Source: an uncultured Gemmatimonadaceae bacterium
Lineage (GTDB): Bacteria; Gemmatimonadota; Gemmatimonadetes; Gemmatimonadales; Gemmatimonadaceae
Direction: 5' to 3'
Length of the DNA stretch: 64,000 nt
Assembly: GCA_963740355.1 (NCBI GenBank)
Contig: CAVUDW010000003.1
Location: 768,001-832,000, forward strand
The notes beneath the pieces were generated by a model. It had not been told where the DNA came from and ran no database searches. It saw only the letters and a list, made by a program, of their open reading frames with translations. Below, in pieces: positions 11,228 through 20,074 of this stretch (positions are counted from its first letter, which is position 1; the number at the start of each line of letters is the position of its first letter). The position numbers were made by a program, and so were the translations under genes.

Positions 11228-12937
11228 TCAGTACCGCCAGCTGAGCGTATCCGCACCCGCCGGCACCCGCTTCCGGATCTGGTCCATCAGCCGCGGAATG
11301 AACATCTGGTGGTAGCGCAGTCGTGATTCTGCGTTCGGACGTGTCTGATCCCCATTCCAGCAATGCTCCGCACGACTGCCGTAGTCGAACTCGAAGGCGG
11401 GCGCTGGATCGCGCAGGGTGCTGAAGGTCTCCTGCGCGGAGTACACGGCATTCATGAGGTAGTAGTTGTCGCCGGTGCCAACGTAGAAGTGCAGCTTGCC
11501 AGTCAGCTTCGGGCCAAGCGTGGCCCAGTCGCGCCTGACGATGTTGGTGAGGTCGAAGTGCTCGCGCCAATACTCGGCCACGCTGCGGTCGATGTGACCG
11601 GTGGTGCGATCCCATATCGGCTTGGGATACCCATCGCTGCCGAGCGGTGAAAAGGTCGCCTGCCAGATGTCCCACTGCCCGCCAGAGCGTCCACGACTGG
11701 CGATGGTCATCTCGCCCTGCGCCAGCTCCTGCATCGTGGCAGTAGGGCGGCTGAGCCAATCCTGCATGCCGCTGCGTGGCACGCGACGGAAGCGGCTGTC
11801 CACGAAGTAGGCGTTCGTGTCCGAATAGATGTTGACGACCGTGTAGTGCTTGAAATCGATCGGATCGGGACAGGCCGCCCAGGCGCCGTTGAACTCGTCG
11901 GGATAAAACACCTGGCTGGCCATCGCTTCCCAGCCCCCGGTGCTTCCGCCGTAGGTGATGCGCGCATACCCCTGCCCGATGCCGCGATACTTCTTCTCGA
12001 TGTAGGGAATGAGCTCGCGCATGATGGCGTCGCCCCAGGGCCCCTGCGCCGCGCTGTTGACGGCGTAGCTGTCGTCGTAATATGGGGTGGGATGCTGGAT
12101 CTCGATCATCAGCACGCGCGGAAAGTTCGGGCCGGTCCAGTCCTTGTAGAACTGGTACGCGTACTCCTGCTGCATGCGGTTGTAGCCCGACATGCGGAAT
12201 CGGTCGCTGTAGTCAGGCTTCAGATTCGGATCGGGCGGCTCGGTGCGCCAGCCACCGATATCAGCGGGAAAATGACCGTGGTAGAGCGCCAGCGGGTATC
12301 GCGCGTCAGGATGTGTGTCGAACCCTTCAGGCAGCAGCACGTGAGCGCCGATGTACATGTCGGTGCCCCAGAACTTCGAGAGCAGTTCGCTCCGAATGCG
12401 CTCGTGACGCGCGTACTTGGTGTCGGTCGGCTGCGGAATCTCCGGAATCACCTGGTCGAGCGAGAGCGCGGCGACCGACTGCCCATTCCAGGTCACCCAG
12501 CGCGGCGTGCTGAACCGATTGCCTGGCTTGGTGGCCCAGTTCTGCCCTTCCCCCCGGTCCGGTGGCAATGAGACGGTGTGGCCGGTCGAGAGATGAAAGG
12601 TCTGGTACACATTCAGCACGGCCTGCATCCAGTACCGGCCCGGCGGTAGCGCACGCAGCGTCGTGAAAGGATTGCCGATCGCCTTGCCATCGACCACTCG
12701 CGGAGTGCCGCGCGCCCATGCCGTGACATCGGTGCCGAACATCGCCACCCCGCGCGCTCCGGCTTCCGTCTGGAACCGAGGTTCGCCGGTGGAGTCGGTG
12801 CTCACGATCAGCAGCAATCGGCCATCCACCGGTTTCGCTTCGCCATTGGCGAGCGTGACGCGGACCTGCGCGCCAGTGGCAGTCGTGCAGGCGAGGGCGG
12901 CCGCAGCCGTCAGGAGAAGCGAGCGAACCGTCGGCAT
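11228..12937 (-). CDS. Secreted alpha/beta hydrolase (putative esterase, Fes-like)
   Basis: Signal peptide from ATG 12937; IRSELLSKFWG, YAVNSA..GPWGD, GGSTGGW nucleophile, PDPIDF. Confidence 0.8.
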   Translation of the reverse strand: MPTVRSLLLTAAAALACTTATGAQVRVTLANGEAKPVDGRLLLIVSTDSTGEPRFQTEAGARGVAMFGTDVTAWARGTPRVVDGKAIGNPFTTLRALPPGRYWMQAVLNVYQTFHLSTGHTVSLPPDRGEGQNWATKPGNRFSTPRWVTWNGQSVAALSLDQVIPEIPQPTDTKYARHERIRSELLSKFWGTDMYIGAHVLLPEGFDTHPDARYPLALYHGHFPADIGGWRTEPPDPNLKPDYSDRFRMSGYNRMQQEYAYQFYKDWTGPNFPRVLMIEIQHPTPYYDDSYAVNSAAQGPWGDAIMRELIPYIEKKYRGIGQGYARITYGGSTGGWEAMASQVFYPDEFNGAWAACPDPIDFKHYTVVNIYSDTNAYFVDSRFRRVPRSGMQDWLSRPTATMQELAQGEMTIASRGRSGGQWDIWQATFSPLGSDGYPKPIWDRTTGHIDRSVAEYWREHFDLTNIVRRDWATLGPKLTGKLHFYVGTGDNYYLMNAVYSAQETFSTLRDPAPAFEFDYGSRAEHCWNGDQTRPNAESRLRYHQMFIPRLMDQIRKRVPAGADTLSWRY

Positions 12938-13047
12938 CGTGGATCCATGGGAGTGGGTGAGCCGGTGTGTGCGACTGAACTTGCCGTGCGGCGAGCGCAT
13001 CGCGCCAGAACGTGCCGGTGATCGGATCGAAGGCAATCTCAGCCAAA

Positions 13048-13079
13048 TTGACATCTGATGCGTGATGCACTAGCATCAC
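13048..13079 (+). promoter_or_regulatory. vapBC promoter and operator, leaderless
   Basis: TTGACA 13048-13053, N17, TAGCAT 13071-13076; inverted repeat GTGATGC-N4-GCATCAC 13062-13079; ATG 7 nt after the -10 with no SD. Confidence 0.8.
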
Positions 13080-13083
13080 CACT

Positions 13084-13326
13084 ATGCGCACCACTCTCGA
13101 CATCGACGATGACGTGCTGGCGGCAGCCAAGGAGCGAGCGCGTCGGGAGCAGAAGACGGCAGGCCAGGTCGTGTCGGAACTGCTTCGCTTGGCGCTCACC
13201 GCTCCCATGCCGCCGACGACGGCTCACGAGACGGCGCCGGTTTACGGATTCCGCCCGTTCGCGCGGCGTGGATCAATCGTGACCAACGAGCTGATTGACG
13301 AGCTGCGCAACGACGACGTCTACTAG
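13084..13326 (+). CDS. vapB: VapB-type antitoxin (ribbon-helix-helix)
   Basis: MRTTLDIDDDVLAAAKERA...VTNELIDELR; upstream of a PIN gene. Confidence 0.9.
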   Translation: MRTTLDIDDDVLAAAKERARREQKTAGQVVSELLRLALTAPMPPTTAHETAPVYGFRPFARRGSIVTNELIDELRNDDVY

Positions 13327-13335
13327 ACATCCTGG

Positions 13336-13764
13336 ATGCGCGCCCTGCTCGATGTGAACGTCCTGATCGCGCTGCTCGATGCCGATCACATTTCGCACCA
13401 AACCGCGGTGCAGTGGTTCGCTGTCAACGCACCGCAGGGGTGGGCGTCGTGCGCGATCACGCAGAACGGCTGCGTCCGAATCATGTCATCGCCGAACTAC
13501 CCGAATGCACGCAGCGTGCACGAAGTCACGTCCAGACTTCGCGAGGCCACGTCGGAGCGCGTTCACGAGTTCTGGCCCAGCGATATCACGCTGCTGGACG
13601 AGCGCCTGGTCGACTCTCGGCGCGTGCACAGTGCGCGGCAGCTCACGGATGTGTACCTGCTCGCGCTCGCCGTCGCGCATGCAGGGCGACTCGTCACCTT
13701 CCACCAGTCGATCGCGATTCAGGCGGTGACCGGTGCGTCGCCGGCGCACCTGCTCGTGCTGTAG
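13336..13764 (+). CDS. vapC: VapC PIN-domain toxin
   Basis: LLDVNVLIAL, ITQNG, QLTDVYLLALA, RLVTF(H). Confidence 0.92.
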   Translation: MRALLDVNVLIALLDADHISHQTAVQWFAVNAPQGWASCAITQNGCVRIMSSPNYPNARSVHEVTSRLREATSERVHEFWPSDITLLDERLVDSRRVHSARQLTDVYLLALAVAHAGRLVTFHQSIAIQAVTGASPAHLLVL

Positions 13765-13863
13765 GCGCGGCCCCGATGACGCCCCGCTGACGCGCCCTCG
13801 CATCCTCTGCTGCAGGAGCTGACGGACCCTCGGAACAGCTCCCGTCCCGCACCGGAGATTCTC

Positions 13864-14532
13864 ATGGGCCTGCACCTGAACTACGAACTGCGACTCGACG
13901 CCTCTACGCCCGAGGAGGTCGTGGTGGAGAAGCTGCGCCAACTGCAGGCATACGCGAGCAGCCTGCCGCTCGCCTCCGTCTCACCCTTCGTGTCTGAGGC
14001 GACGGCCGAGTCGGATGAAGAGCAGCGCTGGCTGGCGCGGCTGCAATGGTGGGCCGGTATTGTGGCGACGCCGACCGAGGATGACGAATTCCCGCTGCAG
14101 GGCGAGGAATTCAGTGTGCAGGGATTCTGGGTGAATCCTGGCGAGGGCAGCGAACCCGCCTCATTCGCCTTGCAGCGCCGCTATGACGTCTCGGGTGTGC
14201 TCGCCGACTGGTACTGGTGCTGCTACTGCAAGACGCAGTACGCCTCCACTGTCAGCGACGAACATTTCGTCACCGTGCACACGGCACTGGTTCGGGTGCT
14301 GGACGAAGCCGTGCGGCTCGGGATCCAGGCCGACGTGGTCGACGAAGCGTCCTACTGGGAGACGCGCGACGAAGCGCGTCTCCTCAGCGAAGTGCAGACC
14401 ATGAACCGCCTCGTCGCGCGCATCGCCGGCAAGTTGAGCGATGCGATTGGAAATGGGCACGACGTGCGGGCGTCGATCTTCGAGCATCCGCAGTTCGAAC
14501 ACCTCGAGATGGATCAGGACGACGAGGTGTGA
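13864..14532 (+). CDS. Hypothetical acidic protein (CKTQYAS / VVDEASYWE motifs)
   Basis: GGAG before ATG; coherent 222-aa ORF. Confidence 0.7.
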   Translation: MGLHLNYELRLDASTPEEVVVEKLRQLQAYASSLPLASVSPFVSEATAESDEEQRWLARLQWWAGIVATPTEDDEFPLQGEEFSVQGFWVNPGEGSEPASFALQRRYDVSGVLADWYWCCYCKTQYASTVSDEHFVTVHTALVRVLDEAVRLGIQADVVDEASYWETRDEARLLSEVQTMNRLVARIAGKLSDAIGNGHDVRASIFEHPQFEHLEMDQDDEV

Positions 14533-14544
14533 CGGCGAGAGAGC

Positions 14545-15129
14545 TTACGGCCTCGCCGCCGGACGCGGCAGCGCGGTCGGTGGCAGGATGTTGTTCAGAC
14601 GCATGTAGTTCGAGATCTGGCTGTAGTGATCGGCCATGTCCAGCGCATGCCCAAGCACCATGCTCGCGCGCGCCTGTGTGCGGGTGTTGCCGTTGAACGT
14701 CATCGTGACCTGGTCGCCGAGCTTCGCATCATCCAGCTGGGCAAAGGCGGCTTCGCAGAATGCCAGCGACGCCTTCAACTTCGACAGGAGGCGCTCACGC
14801 GGCCAGGTGGCCTTCACCGAATCGGCGGTCGTGCCATCCTCTGGTGGGACGGTCGCCTTCATGTCACCGAAATTGTTGCAGAAGAAATAGTTGTCACTCG
14901 CCAGATGCTGGGCGATGTACCCGACTGTCAGCTGTGCCGGCGTCGGACGATAGGTGAACTTCGATTCCGGAATCGAGTCGAAGGCCTGCGCCAGATTCCG
15001 CTGCAGCGTCATCGTGCGGGTGCGGAAGACTGCGGTGATCGGGTTGGTGGCGGCACCTGCCGGAGCGGGTTGCGCAGCGAGGCCGATCGGAAGCGCGAGG
15101 GCGAGAATTGCGGCATACACGGGCTTCAT
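14545..15129 (-). CDS. DinB family protein, secreted
   Basis: Signal peptide; FTYRPTP..HLA; DHYSQISNYMRLNNILPP. Confidence 0.85.
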   Translation of the reverse strand: MKPVYAAILALALPIGLAAQPAPAGAATNPITAVFRTRTMTLQRNLAQAFDSIPESKFTYRPTPAQLTVGYIAQHLASDNYFFCNNFGDMKATVPPEDGTTADSVKATWPRERLLSKLKASLAFCEAAFAQLDDAKLGDQVTMTFNGNTRTQARASMVLGHALDMADHYSQISNYMRLNNILPPTALPRPAARP

Positions 15130-15263
15130 CTGTCGATCCCCTGATTGAAATGGTTCAGTCGCGAACTGGAAAGGTCATGACATGCAGGGCGCGGCGCCAT
15201 CGGTTGCCGATCCGCCGTCGGACGGCCGAACGACTTCGCCTCTGCTGCAGCTCCACTGCCCCG

Positions 15264-16472
15264 CTACTGCACCACGATCGGAACGGTCCACCGGAACGTC
15301 CCCCACTCCATCACCAGCCCGCCACGCTTCGGACCGCCTGGCACGACGGAGATGGTGAACTTGTCCACCGTATCGCTGACTGTTTCTGATGACATCTTCG
15401 TCGTACCGATATCCTTTGCACTCGAGTACTCCGTGCCCCACTGGCCCGATTGACCATTGATGATCAGGTCGACGCCGGTCGTGTGCGGAACGGTCCAGAG
15501 TGTGTAGGTCCCGGGCTGCAGCGCGATGCCGCCCACGGTGACGGCGGCGGACGTCGTGAACTGGGTGGCTGCGTTGGCACCGGTTCGCCACACCCGATCG
15601 TAATTGATGACATTGCCGAGCAGTGTGCGTCCGCGAAGACGCGGCCGTCCATAGTCGATGGCGAAGGATGTGGTGCCGATCGTTGCGCGGACGGTGTCGC
15701 GAACGCTGAGCTGTGCAGCCCCCGCGCGTTGTTCTGCCGCTGCCAGTTGCGTGCCGATTGCCGCCACATCGGGTGGTTCGGTGGTCCGTCGAACCGAGAC
15801 CTTGTAGGTCGAGCGCATGCCTGAATAGGTGAGCAGTCGGGCGGCGCTGTCGACCGTGACGTCGCCGCTGCCTGAGAGCCAGTCGTGACGAAGTACCACG
15901 GAGTCGCCACCGGCTGGAATCACCCAGCCGGAATGCAGCACGAAGTTCGGGCCGATGTCGCGATCGGGGTAGAACTGGCGGAACGGCATGCTGTCGCGCG
16001 CGGACTTGCCCGCCGCACGTGAACGTTTGAGTGACGAGGCAATTTCCAGCTCGATCACGCTGTATTGCATCGAGATGTGCGGCACCGTCAGCGCGCCGCC
16101 CGTCTTGAAGTCACGATGTGTGACGCCGCTGCTGTCCGTGATCGAGACTTTCACCGAGTCATTCGTGAAATCGGCCACCACCCGGCGATTGCGTTCTGCC
16201 GGCGTCTTTCCACTCGGTGTGCGCACATCCATCACCATCTTCGTCAGTCGGCCGTCGTCACCGAGCGTGATTTCGGTGTGCCGCGCACGAACGAGCGGAA
16301 ATCGGTCGACCTCGTCGCTGATCAGCGAGTGAGGCGTACGCGTGACGCTTTCGACTGACACCGTGTCGTTGCCAAGCAGCGCCACGAAACCGTACTTCTC
16401 TTCCGGGCCGTCGGACTTGCAGGCAGAGAGGGCAACTGCCGTCGCGCTGAACAGCAGGAATGAGTGCTTCAT
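15264..16472 (-). CDS. DUF2911 domain lipoprotein
   Basis: LSAC lipobox; C-terminal IDYGRPRLRGR..VWRTGANAAT..GTYTLWTVP..QWG. Confidence 0.85.
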   Translation of the reverse strand: MKHSFLLFSATAVALSACKSDGPEEKYGFVALLGNDTVSVESVTRTPHSLISDEVDRFPLVRARHTEITLGDDGRLTKMVMDVRTPSGKTPAERNRRVVADFTNDSVKVSITDSSGVTHRDFKTGGALTVPHISMQYSVIELEIASSLKRSRAAGKSARDSMPFRQFYPDRDIGPNFVLHSGWVIPAGGDSVVLRHDWLSGSGDVTVDSAARLLTYSGMRSTYKVSVRRTTEPPDVAAIGTQLAAAEQRAGAAQLSVRDTVRATIGTTSFAIDYGRPRLRGRTLLGNVINYDRVWRTGANAATQFTTSAAVTVGGIALQPGTYTLWTVPHTTGVDLIINGQSGQWGTEYSSAKDIGTTKMSSETVSDTVDKFTISVVPGGPKRGGLVMEWGTFRWTVPIVVQ

Positions 16473-16595
16473 TGGCCGGCCTGTGGACGAGGAAGACTGC
16501 GGAGCGTGCACCTACACTGGAACCAGGCACCGGTTCAATGGTTGCCAGACGCGACGGAGCGACGCGACGCCGTCCCTTGCCACGAATATCTGCCG

Positions 16596-18518
16596 CTACG
16601 GCAGGACGAACACGTCGAGCCGTGTCTTTCGGATACGGTCGCGATAGACTCGAATTTCAGCGGACCGAAAGTCTGCTGGCTTGGCCTCGAAGATGTTCGG
16701 CACCCACGTTTGCGGGTTACGATCGACCAGCGGGAACCACGAGCTCTGGATCAGCACCATGATGCGGTGCCCGCACTTGAACCGGTGGTTCACATCCGGC
16801 ATCTCGAAACGGATCGAATCCACCACTCCGGGGCGAAACGGGATCGGGCGCGCAAAGGACCTTCGGAATCGCGCGCGAAACGTCTCGCCGCGAATCAGGA
16901 TCTCCGCCCCGGGCGCCGCCCCTGTGATCGTGGAGGCAGAATCGGCGTCTGGCTGCACATCGATCAGCTTCACCATGAAGTCTGCGTCGGTGCCGCTGGT
17001 GGACACGTACAGGACGGGTGACACCGGTCCGGCCAGCACGACGTCGGTCGTCAGGACGTCACTGACGTACGTCAACACATCTGGGCGGCGCGACGCGTAG
17101 CGCTGGTCGCTCACCACCCAATCACCTGGCGCGCCTTCCGCGTCGACACGATCCACGGTCGGCACCGGGTGCGCGGGGTCGCTGATGTAGCTGTCGTAGC
17201 CGCGCACACCCAAGGCCAGAGGCGCCGTGAAGCTCAGTCCACCGTTGGGCTGCATGAAGAGCGATCGCCGCTCCGCCTCGCGCGGTGGGAAGCTGTCGTA
17301 GCGTCGCCACTCGTTGCTGCCGGTCTCGAATGCAGTGACGTTCGGCAGACCAGTCTCCGGACCGCCCTTCAGGTGCTGCCGGAAAAAGGGAAACTCGACC
17401 GAGTCGCGGTAGTACGGTCCCGATGGTGCACCGAACTGCAACTTCCCAACGGTGTTCGCGTCGCCCCTCGACCAGCCGCCATGATCCCACGGTCCCACGA
17501 CCAATCGCGTGTCGGTTGCCGGGGCACGCTTGCGCAGCGCTCGCCAGACTTTGAACGGGCCTTGCAGATCTTCCGCGTCGAACCAGCCGCCTACGACGAG
17601 CGTCGGCACTCGAATCCCGCCGACGTGCTGTGAGATGTCGCGCACACGGTTGTACTCATCGTACGTCGGATGTGCAGCCGACGCATAGAACAGCCAGCCT
17701 GAGTCGGCATTGATCAGTCGACGAGCGGCAGCACCGATCGGCCCCGCCTTCAGCATCGCAGCATACGCGTCGGGCCCGAGGTCCAGAGCGCGAAAGGTCT
17801 CGGGGCCCGGCCTCGCCCCGAGCGGACGCGCCAAACCGGACAGTCCGGCGAAGTTCGCCCAGAGCATGAACGCGCCATTGTGATAGGCATCGTCGCCGAG
17901 CCAGATGTCGGTGATCGGGGCCTGCGGCGAGCAGGCGACGACCGCTGGAGGCGCATCGATGCAACTGGCCGTCGTGTAGAACCCCGGCCAGGAGATGCCG
18001 TAAATGCCGACGCGGCCGTTGTTCGGTGTCACATTCGCGAGCAGCCAGGCCACCGTGTCCGATGCATCGCTGCTTTCATCGACCTCTTGCCCGCGTTTCG
18101 TCGCGCGATGGGGCGTCATCATCGTCAGCTGCCCCTCCGACATCCACGAGCCGCGGACATCCTGGATCACGAAGATGAAGCCGTCACGCGCGAATCGCGG
18201 ATTCCCGCTTGGACCAAGCGCTCGTCGGTAGGTCGAGTCGCCGTAGGGCGCAGCGCTGAACGGCGTCCGCGTGAGCAGGAATGGATAGCGTCGGCCGGCG
18301 GTGTCGCGCGGGATGTAGATGCTCGTGAACAGTCGCACGCCGTCGCGCATCGGAATCCGCGCTTCCACCTTCCGATAGTTCGTGCGCAGCCAGTCCGCAT
18401 CGACCGGCTGGGCATGCATGGCCGCCGTCGCGATGCACCAGGATGCGCACATCGTGACGAGCCGGTTCACCCATCGCCACCCGCTGGCCGCTGTCACGCA
18501 GGCGTGATCACTCACCAT
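16596..18518 (-). CDS. CocE/NonD family hydrolase (alpha-amino acid ester hydrolase-like, S15)
   Basis: IPMRDGVRL, QDVRG..SEG, GISWPG, GGWFDAED, GPWDHG; start codon uncertain. Confidence 0.9.
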   Translation of the reverse strand: MVSDHACVTAASGWRWVNRLVTMCASWCIATAAMHAQPVDADWLRTNYRKVEARIPMRDGVRLFTSIYIPRDTAGRRYPFLLTRTPFSAAPYGDSTYRRALGPSGNPRFARDGFIFVIQDVRGSWMSEGQLTMMTPHRATKRGQEVDESSDASDTVAWLLANVTPNNGRVGIYGISWPGFYTTASCIDAPPAVVACSPQAPITDIWLGDDAYHNGAFMLWANFAGLSGLARPLGARPGPETFRALDLGPDAYAAMLKAGPIGAAARRLINADSGWLFYASAAHPTYDEYNRVRDISQHVGGIRVPTLVVGGWFDAEDLQGPFKVWRALRKRAPATDTRLVVGPWDHGGWSRGDANTVGKLQFGAPSGPYYRDSVEFPFFRQHLKGGPETGLPNVTAFETGSNEWRRYDSFPPREAERRSLFMQPNGGLSFTAPLALGVRGYDSYISDPAHPVPTVDRVDAEGAPGDWVVSDQRYASRRPDVLTYVSDVLTTDVVLAGPVSPVLYVSTSGTDADFMVKLIDVQPDADSASTITGAAPGAEILIRGETFRARFRRSFARPIPFRPGVVDSIRFEMPDVNHRFKCGHRIMVLIQSSWFPLVDRNPQTWVPNIFEAKPADFRSAEIRVYRDRIRKTRLDVFVLP

Positions 18519-18793
18519 TGGCACGCAAGACTCCTCGCAGGGTTAGCGCCGGTCGAAGGCATTCGGGCACGGTCGGGGCCACGTCCGGGCCCCCACGTCG
18601 CGCACAGTATTGTCCGATGCGCGGCCTCACGCCAACGGGCTGAGTCCGACGGGTGCGCGAATGGGGATATTCGCGCCAGCGGATCGGTGAGCCGTTTGCC
18701 GGAGACGGCCGGCCGAAGGCACCGACTGCTAGAATTCAGCGCATGCCTGATGAGTCTTCAGTCTTGCGCCGCGTCCATCCTTCGGAGCATCCC

Positions 18794-20074
18794 GTGCGAA
18801 CTCTCGTTTCCGCCGCAGTCCTCTGTGCTGCCGCGGGTTGCAGCAAGGCGACACCCGCAACGACGACCGGCGCCACAGCCGCGTCGTCATACCTCTACGT
18901 CTGGTCCGGAGACTCCGCCGGTACGTCGAGCGACTTCCTCGGCGTGATCGATGCCGACACCGCCTCGCCGCAGTACGGCCGTGTCGTCGCGTCAGTTCCG
19001 ACTGGAGTGGCTGGCACACACCCGCACCATACGGAAGCGGTCCTGTCGGCGTCTGGTCACCTGTTGGCGAACGGATTCGGTGCCGGTCGCAGCTGGCTGT
19101 TCGACCTGACCGCGCCACGCGCACCGAAGATCCTCACGACCTTCGGGGACCGCGATGGTTTCAGCCATCCGCATACGTATCTCCGCCTGAGCAACGGGCA
19201 TGTGCTGGCGACATTTCAGTACACCGCTGACTCCACCGCGCAGGCACCAGAGCATGCGGCGATGGCTGTCGGGATGAAGCGAGCGAGGGTGGTGCGGAAG
19301 ACGGGCGGGTTGGTCGAGATGGATGAACGCGGCACGGTGATTCGCAGCGCGAGCGCGACTGACCCTGCGATCGCGGACAAGGAGATCTTCCCATACAGCG
19401 TGCTCGAACTGAAGCCGATCGATCGCGCGGTGTCGACGACGACCGACATGGATGAATCGAACACCAGGTCAACGGCCGAGTGGGTGCAGTTCTGGCGCCT
19501 GTCCGACCTCAAGCTCCTGCGCAGCATCGCGCTTCCGGCCGGTCCGCGCGGCGACGAGCACAAGCTCACCGGAGAGCCGTTCCTGCTTCCCGACGGCAAG
19601 AGTGTCTACATCCAGACCTTCAGTTGCGGCCTGTACCTCGTGAAGAACATCGAGGGCGACAAACCGACCGCCACCTTCGTCAAGGGATTCCCGGGGATGG
19701 ATTGTGGCGTGCCTGTGCTGACGAGTCACTACTACCTGCAGACGGTGCCGTCCACACATTCACTGATCGCGCTCGATATCGCCGATCCGGAACATCCGCG
19801 TGAAGTGTCGTCGGTGTCGTTCGGCGATGGCGAGGAGCCGCACTGGTTGTCGATCGATCACACGGGGCGCAGGCTGGTGCTGAATTCGGGCGGCGCCGGT
19901 TCGAGCAATCGGCTCTGGGTGATCAACTTCGACCCGACGACCGGCGCGCTCGCGATCGATACGCGCTTCCGCGACGCAGGCAGTGCGCAAGCCGGAGTCA
20001 GCATGTCGAAGCAAGCCTGGCCGCATGGGTTCAAGGGAGTGGCAGTGCCGCACGGCACGGTGTTCTCGCGCTGA
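18794..20074 (+). CDS. Selenium-binding protein (SBP56)-like beta-propeller lipoprotein
   Basis: GTG start with GGAG; AAGC lipobox; DFLGVID...SPQYG, HPHH, PHT, EPHWL, PHG.VF. Confidence 0.7.
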   Translation: MRTLVSAAVLCAAAGCSKATPATTTGATAASSYLYVWSGDSAGTSSDFLGVIDADTASPQYGRVVASVPTGVAGTHPHHTEAVLSASGHLLANGFGAGRSWLFDLTAPRAPKILTTFGDRDGFSHPHTYLRLSNGHVLATFQYTADSTAQAPEHAAMAVGMKRARVVRKTGGLVEMDERGTVIRSASATDPAIADKEIFPYSVLELKPIDRAVSTTTDMDESNTRSTAEWVQFWRLSDLKLLRSIALPAGPRGDEHKLTGEPFLLPDGKSVYIQTFSCGLYLVKNIEGDKPTATFVKGFPGMDCGVPVLTSHYYLQTVPSTHSLIALDIADPEHPREVSSVSFGDGEEPHWLSIDHTGRRLVLNSGGAGSSNRLWVINFDPTTGALAIDTRFRDAGSAQAGVSMSKQAWPHGFKGVAVPHGTVFSR

